Assembly (NCBI GenBank): GCA_965215335.1 | Contig: CBDCDA010000001.1 | Coordinates: 352,001 to 416,000, forward strand | Direction of reading: 5' to 3' | Source of the DNA: an uncultured Candidatus Entotheonella sp. | GTDB taxonomy: Bacteria; Tectomicrobia; Entotheonellia; Entotheonellales; Entotheonellaceae | Length of the DNA: 64,000 bases | Part shown: positions 59,901-64,000 of the stretch, piece after piece | Numbering within the stretch: the first letter of the stretch is position 1 | Layout: each line of letters starts with the position of its first letter | Program-made: the position numbers and the translations under genes | Notes under the pieces: model-generated | Database searches by the model: none | What the model was told of the DNA's origin: nothing | What the model saw: the letters and a program-made list of their open reading frames with translations, nothing else

Positions 59901-60958
59901 TTGTATGGCGGCAGGCCGATGGAGGCGTCGCCCTGGTCGATGAGGGCAAACAGGGTCGTCAGGTGGTTGTAATAGCTCGCGGCGTGGGTGGAGAAGGTGT
60001 CGCCGTCGTGCGTACGCCGCGCCACGTCGTCGCGTACCCGCTGGCGCAGGCCGTAGTCGTCATAGCGCGGGTCGTTGACGGGCAGCAGCCCGCGGTCTTC
60101 GGCGTAGAGCACGAACAGCAGCCGGTACAGGAAGACCAGCGCCGCGTCGCGGATTTCCGACAGATCTCGGGACGATTGCCGGGCGAGGGCGGTTACAAGC
60201 GCCGGGAACACGGTATCGAACACCACGTTGGAGAGGTCGCGCGCCACCTGCTCCTCATAGCGGCGCCCGTCGGCGAGCGCGGTTTCGAGGAAAGGCACCG
60301 GCGCGCCGTCCTCGAGGGTGAAGGCAGCGCGGCGGAACAGCAGGTAGAACGTGCGCAGCGCGTCCTCGTTACCGGGTCGCAGCAGGGCGGCCAGGTCGGC
60401 CTCGTGGTAGCCGCTGGCACGCGGCCGGGCGTGGTGGTCGTATAACCGCCAGACGTCGCCGCTGGTCAGGATGCCCCAGCGCAGGCGCCCGTCGGTGACG
60501 CTGTCGGCGGTGGCCAGATAGCGGCGTATCTGCCCGTGCGGCGTGCCGGCCCGGCCCTTGTCGGTTGCGTCGCGGATATCAAGGGGAAGGGCGAACCGCT
60601 TGCTCTCTACGATCAGCAGGGCGTCCCGGTAGCGTGCTTCGGAGTCGCTGCGGCTGGCGGCGCGGGCCTTGGATGCGGCGTCGGCGAACAGCAGATGGTC
60701 GGGGATGTCCTCGTTGCGCGCAGTGCCTTGCTGGGGCAGGGAGTGGATCCAGCCGAGCAACGCCAGCACGGGCCGGATCAGGTCCTGTTCGGTGACCGAT
60801 TCGTTGGGGCTGCCGTAACAGCTGAACGCCTCGAAGCGCTCGGCCACGGCGCCGGCGAAGACGGTGAAGGCTTGCGGTTGCCCGACCGACGCCTCCCACT
60901 CAAGGGTGTGCCGGATGCCGTCGGTCAGGAAGTACTGGGTGAACAGCTGGCCGGGCAT
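56954..60958 (-). CDS. Type IIG fused restriction endonuclease-methyltransferase (Eco57I / DrmMI-like C-terminus)
   Basis: IPDHLLF...IVESKR nuclease, WGILTSG, PYNGGLF, GSFYTP, VLDPAMGSGHF, IGNPPW, RARLDALYFHLYGL...LDTFPIV. Confidence 0.92.
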   Translation of the reverse strand: MPGQLFTQYFLTDGIRHTLEWEASVGQPQAFTVFAGAVAERFEAFSCYGSPNESVTEQDLIRPVLALLGWIHSLPQQGTARNEDIPDHLLFADAASKARAASRSDSEARYRDALLIVESKRFALPLDIRDATDKGRAGTPHGQIRRYLATADSVTDGRLRWGILTSGDVWRLYDHHARPRASGYHEADLAALLRPGNEDALRTFYLLFRRAAFTLEDGAPVPFLETALADGRRYEEQVARDLSNVVFDTVFPALVTALARQSSRDLSEIRDAALVFLYRLLFVLYAEDRGLLPVNDPRYDDYGLRQRVRDDVARRTHDGDTFSTHAASYYNHLTTLFALIDQGDASIGLPPYNGGLFAPEAAPLLETVRLPDAAVAPIIHAMSHREARFVNYRDMSVQQLGSIYERLLEREPVRGDDGSATVTIRPNAYARKDSGSFYTPQELVDLIVDRTLKPLTEERRQAFEDKAAALQGDRRPKAARHAELRRLDPAEAVLDLKVLDPAMGSGHFLVTAVDFLSDTIAELIDHVPAVPAWLDDYASPLVQRVERIRHDLLQRAAASNWVIDEAQLTDQAIIRRLVLKRCIYGVDKNRLTVELAKVSLWLHSFTVGAPLSFLDHHLRVGDSLIGLRVQDATGELHRLGGLFAGSAIAGAEAATAGMQRIEAMSDADVAEVRESASLFARVEETTADLRGLLDFFCGWRWMTASMKTREKDRAEGQLVAALRDDAYRLLARGPERAERPPGADAAAWTQFTDLWRKARAIADREGFLHWQVAFPGVWQHWQNVRPAGGFDAVIGNPPWDRIKLQEVEWFATRAPDLALAPTAAARRQGIQRLRDAAGPLAGAFDDARTRADNLGRLVRVSGDYPLLGGGDINLYSLFVERALRLVKPDGLVGLLTPSGIYADKTAAGFFRSVSTSGRLGGLFDFENKKIFFKDIHASFKFCALIVGGAARRFDETRCAFFLHDTAELDDADRCFPLSPSDFARVNPNTGTAPVFRTRRDADLTRRIYERHPVLVDRSDGSERKAWPVKYVRMFDMTNDSHRFRTAAQLDAEGFYPVQGNRWKRGEDLYLPLYQGRMIWHFDHRANSVRVNPESTHNPYLSEAVSEAQHADPGFLPQTQYWVPASDVAPVISQARGWVLGFRDITNPTNERTMVASIGPWVGYGNTVPLLLGGDGLAGACLVANLNAMCVDFVARQKAQGTHLNWYVVEQLPIIAPADYDRPFGATTARALVRDHVLRLTCTAHDMAPFARDLGCDGPPFPWNDDERRHLRARLDALYFHLYGLDRDDAGYVLDTFPIVRREDEKQFGRYRTRALILAYMNALAAGDAETRVVV

Positions 60959-60963
60959 ATCCG

Positions 60964-61219
60964 TTACGCTCCGTGGTCCGAGAGGATAGGGACTTTATGC
61001 AAGGCTTCACTGGCGACCGGCTGTGAAGGCGCCAGCATCGCTTCCAGTCGCTCTTTCAGCTCTTCGGTATCTGCCGGGCGATTGCCGGAGGGCGGGGCCT
61101 GGGTGTGCTGCCTGCCGAACCAGAACACCAGGTAGATGCCGTATCCGTCGGTGTCCGGGGCGTTCTTTCGTGTATTGGGCGATCAACCGGTTTCGCAGGG
61201 CGCTACATACGTCTCGGTT
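60964..61219 (-). pseudogene. C-terminal remnant of a large NTPase-associated (NACHT/STAND-type) defence protein
   Basis: RDVCSALRNRLIAQYTK / DTDGYGIYLVFWFG...RPADTEELKERLE with frameshift; cut off by the IS5 remnant; family recognised from memory. Confidence 0.55.
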
Positions 61220-61650
61220 CAGGGCCTATAAAAGGGCTGTCATTGGGCATATCAGGATTCAAGACCTTGACTGGATGAGGGGGTTCATCATGCCCGATCA
61301 CGACTTCTGGCTCTCCGATGCGCAGTCTGCCCGACCTCGACCCCTGCTGCCCAACAAGGTGCGCGGCGTTCCACGCGTCGATGACCGAAAGGTCATCAGC
61401 GGCATCATGTGGCCGATGCACCGGCCTGCCACGGTCCCCACAAGACCCTCTGCAACCGCTTCGTGCGCTGGAGCAAGGCCGGGGTGTTCGGGCCGCATCG
61501 CACCGCTGCCAGCCTGCTGAAAAAGGGGCTTTTCCGCGTCAGATCGGACGCACCCGAGGCGGCCTCGACTCCAAGCTCCACGCCGTGTGTGACGGCGAGT
61601 GCCACCTGCCTTGCCGCCACGGTCATCTTCTGGTTATGAGTCCCGAGACT
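61220..61650 (+). mobile_element. Internally deleted IS5-family (IS427-like) remnant
   Basis: FWLSDAQ...PLLPNKVRGVPRVDDRKVISGI, GPHKTLCNRFVRWSKAGVF, IGRTRGGLDSKLHAVCDG, CLAATVIFWL; AAAAGGGG frameshift-type run. Confidence 0.82.
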
Positions 61651-61674
61651 GACGAGAAAGGACCGATTGAATCG

Positions 61675-62523
61675 TTAAAGGGACAGAGCTTCTGGGGCAA
61701 GGAAGGCGATCCAGTTCTGAACAGTTTCCATATCTCGACGTGCTTCAGTGAGACCGAGCCCATAAGTTTCAGCAAGTAAACGGGCAGCTCCCGACGCTTC
61801 CAGGTCACGGAGCTGTATCACGGTGTTTGTGAAAGGCGCTGCCAGCAGGCAAGCCGATACCCACGCTCGAACCTGGGCGTCAGTCAGATCCGGCGGGATT
61901 AGAAGGGTCTGGATGTCGCGCCACGCGGCCCGCTGCTCGTCGGATGAAGCAATCCTGTCCTCTCTGCCTCGATAGACAAGTTCCAGGTGTCTGGGGTCGC
62001 GAGTCGCCGGCCGCCAGGTGTCGAGCAGGGGCCGGGCATCCGTAACGCTGTGCTCGACTTCAGCATTCAGCTCGGTTACGGATTCCCAACGGCTGAATTC
62101 GTCATCTCCTATTTCTCTTGAAGATCTCATCAGTTCTTGCTGAAAGGCACAAGCATCAAAGTTCCCACCAGCGCGACAAAGGATTTCCAGATTTGGGTGG
62201 GGTGACCAGCCCATAGCGGCAGATGTCAGGTTAGCGGAACCAATAAGGACCACATTATCAATGCGATAGTATTTGGCGTGAAGTGACGGATGGAGCCTGA
62301 ATGAGCCGCCGCGTTCAATAACGAGGGTGCGACATTCGGTGTCGGAAGCACCTACAGCGAGGTCGTGCGGATTCCACCTCGTGACACAGGTCAGGGAGGC
62401 TGCCGGACCAACGTCCATCAGAACCTTGGCGAGAGCGTCAGCCTTGACGTATGGTGCCGCGATAATGAGATGCTGGGCACCCGAACAAAGACTGCTCAAC
62501 ATGTCCCCTGGCCGTTCGCACAT
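61675..62523 (-). CDS. Single-domain phospholipase D-family (HKD) nuclease-like protein with C-terminal helical domain
   Basis: IIAAPYVK, SLHAKYYRIDNVVLIGSANLT, NLEIL; starts 2 nt after the ATPase stop. Confidence 0.82.
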   Translation of the reverse strand: MCERPGDMLSSLCSGAQHLIIAAPYVKADALAKVLMDVGPAASLTCVTRWNPHDLAVGASDTECRTLVIERGGSFRLHPSLHAKYYRIDNVVLIGSANLTSAAMGWSPHPNLEILCRAGGNFDACAFQQELMRSSREIGDDEFSRWESVTELNAEVEHSVTDARPLLDTWRPATRDPRHLELVYRGREDRIASSDEQRAAWRDIQTLLIPPDLTDAQVRAWVSACLLAAPFTNTVIQLRDLEASGAARLLAETYGLGLTEARRDMETVQNWIAFLAPEALSL

Positions 62524-62525
62524 GC

Positions 62526-63998
62526 CTAACCATCTCTATCACGCAGTTGACTAATGGCCTTGTCTACTTGGCGGCCCCAATTTATGGCGATGTCCTGAAT
62601 ACGTCTTCGCTCTGCATCGGATTCCGTCTGGTCTTCCATCCGAGCCCACGACGACAGCAACAACCTGATGGCGACAATGGACTGGAATGCAGGATCATTC
62701 TCGTCGCCGTTCTCATCGAGTCGGCCTTCAATATGCTTGAGCAAGTCGTAGATCGGGTGCTCAGTATTGAGTTCAATATTGAGAACACCATGTTTTGAGC
62801 GCACTCTGAAAATCTGGGATCCATCAAGTTGGCTCGGATTGAATTGGTACGAAAGTTTTTCTTTTACCAACATCCTTGCAAGCTCTCGCGCTTCCTGCTC
62901 GGTCTGGCCAGATTCAATGAACTCTTCTGTGAGACCTGCCTCCCGCTTTTCGGATGGAATTCGCTCCCGGTCTCTATCTGTCCTGGTTGGAGTCTCAAGA
63001 CCTGCATCCATAGCTTCTCTGTCTGCGTCAGTTGCCGTCTTCACGGCTTTCTTTTCGGGACTTGTCCTTCCGCCCCCAGAGGTGTCCCCTCGCCTCTTCT
63101 GTGTAAACATCTGTTTGATTCGGTTCATCATGGCGCGCGTCTGGTCTCGGATGTCCCCTACTATTTCGTAGACGATATCGGCATCGATGCCCATCTCGTC
63201 CAGTATCGTTTGGTTGGGACGGTCGTCACGAGCAAGCGTCTTTGCTGCCTGCGTGAAGTTCGCAACCATCTGCTTGTTGTGATCCACGCCAAACAAATCA
63301 TCGCAACTGCGGCGAAAACGCACTTCACAGCCCCACCAACGGTTCTGTGGATTCTCAGAACTGCCGCCCTCTCTGAGAAAGGCGTCTTCGAGTACAATCT
63401 CTCTATCCTCCCGGACGACCGATACGCCGATGTTATGCCTGGCGTGCTTGCCACGTTCCTCATGGCCGGGATTCTGCCTGACTGTCTTCGTCTGTAATGC
63501 TTCAGGCTTGACGATTGAATACTGTACTTCAATTGTCACCTCTTTACCGTTTACAGTAGGCGTATACTTCTTTGTCTTGCCCCATTCTTCAAACATTGGT
63601 TTGTTGTCCCAAGGCTCAGGCGTAGACGAAGGATTCATCAAGTAGAGAGGATCGTTTGCGACGATACAGTACTCGCTCTCAATTTCGGCAGGGCGGTCAC
63701 TAAGGAAAAACCCGACTCTTATTCTTGTCATCTCCGCATCAATCCAGTGCCGATGAATCCGGCCGACCTCCCGTGCTGTGTGCCTGAGGATAGTGCTGCC
63801 GGTTCTCCACTGAATTTTGTCCAGTTCGGTCCAGACGACAAGCGTACCTGAGCGATGTTCATATATGCTGTCGCTGCCGGCTTTCCGCCACACCCCAGGT
63901 ATGGGCGTTTCTGAATCGGGAATGGGAACTTCGTGGTTCCCTTGCTCGATGGCATCGGCGTCAATGCTAGAGTGCCACGCCGAATCCAAGCCATCCTG
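62526..63998 (-). CDS. MORC-like GHKL (MutL/Hsp90-type) ATPase, 5' part outside the window
   Basis: Frame open to the window edge; SGTLVVWTELDK, NDPLYL, GVSVVREDREI, RWWGCEVRF, DDLFGVDHNKQ, LNTEHP; ATP-binding motifs not visible. Confidence 0.72.
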   Translation of the reverse strand, partial: QDGLDSAWHSSIDADAIEQGNHEVPIPDSETPIPGVWRKAGSDSIYEHRSGTLVVWTELDKIQWRTGSTILRHTAREVGRIHRHWIDAEMTRIRVGFFLSDRPAEIESEYCIVANDPLYLMNPSSTPEPWDNKPMFEEWGKTKKYTPTVNGKEVTIEVQYSIVKPEALQTKTVRQNPGHEERGKHARHNIGVSVVREDREIVLEDAFLREGGSSENPQNRWWGCEVRFRRSCDDLFGVDHNKQMVANFTQAAKTLARDDRPNQTILDEMGIDADIVYEIVGDIRDQTRAMMNRIKQMFTQKRRGDTSGGGRTSPEKKAVKTATDADREAMDAGLETPTRTDRDRERIPSEKREAGLTEEFIESGQTEQEARELARMLVKEKLSYQFNPSQLDGSQIFRVRSKHGVLNIELNTEHPIYDLLKHIEGRLDENGDENDPAFQSIVAIRLLLSSWARMEDQTESDAERRRIQDIAINWGRQVDKAISQLRDRDG

Positions 63999-64000
63999 CC

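Noticed and set aside
44537..60958. Calling the island a complete DISARM or BREX system
   Set aside because: No DrmA/DrmB (DUF1998), PglZ or BrxC seen; the two MTases are separated by an ABC locus
1..64000. Other TGA read-through candidates; tRNA, rRNA and CRISPR arrays
   Set aside because: Other TGA stops fall at complete domain ends; no RNA-gene or repeat-spacer pattern seen by eye, though a covariance-model scan was not possible

Overview
High-GC bacterial chromosome window made of intact metabolic and housekeeping genes mixed with defence islands and many short, internally deleted gene remnants. Left half: a secreted DUF1588-like/DUF1501 pair; an apaH, PrdB/GrdB-like, ETF beta-alpha operon; aat, trmL, an aldolase, a ThDP enzyme, a CoA-transferase, MFS and RND transporters; and a cofG-cofH-dapA-argH operon (F420 precursor synthesis). 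Right half: namZ, 3D-domain, SCO-like, BNR-repeat, SDR, Nudix and F420-dependent LLM genes; Uma2 and an orphan TIR gene; two convergent paralogous GldA/GldF-GldG ABC loci around a defence island (PLD-SNF2 helicase, chimeric antitoxin with VapC, adenine MTase); a second type IIG R-M gene; and a MORC/GHKL ATPase with a PLD nuclease running off the right edge. Two strongest signals: (1) a hidden 398-aa selenoprotein that the ORF track splits in two, with an in-frame TGA in a UxxC motif and a SECIS-like hairpin 11 nt downstream, lacking the usual PrdA/GrdE partners nearby and followed by a fused ETF; (2) a 304-aa protein carrying a VapC-antitoxin-type tail on unrelated domains, inserted with vapC inside a helicase-MTase module. 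F420 genes, Uma2, and the R-M/TA load fit a sponge-associated Tectomicrobia-like organism, but that is inference only. I saw no rRNA, tRNA or CRISPR array. All family calls come from motif recognition by eye, not database searches.
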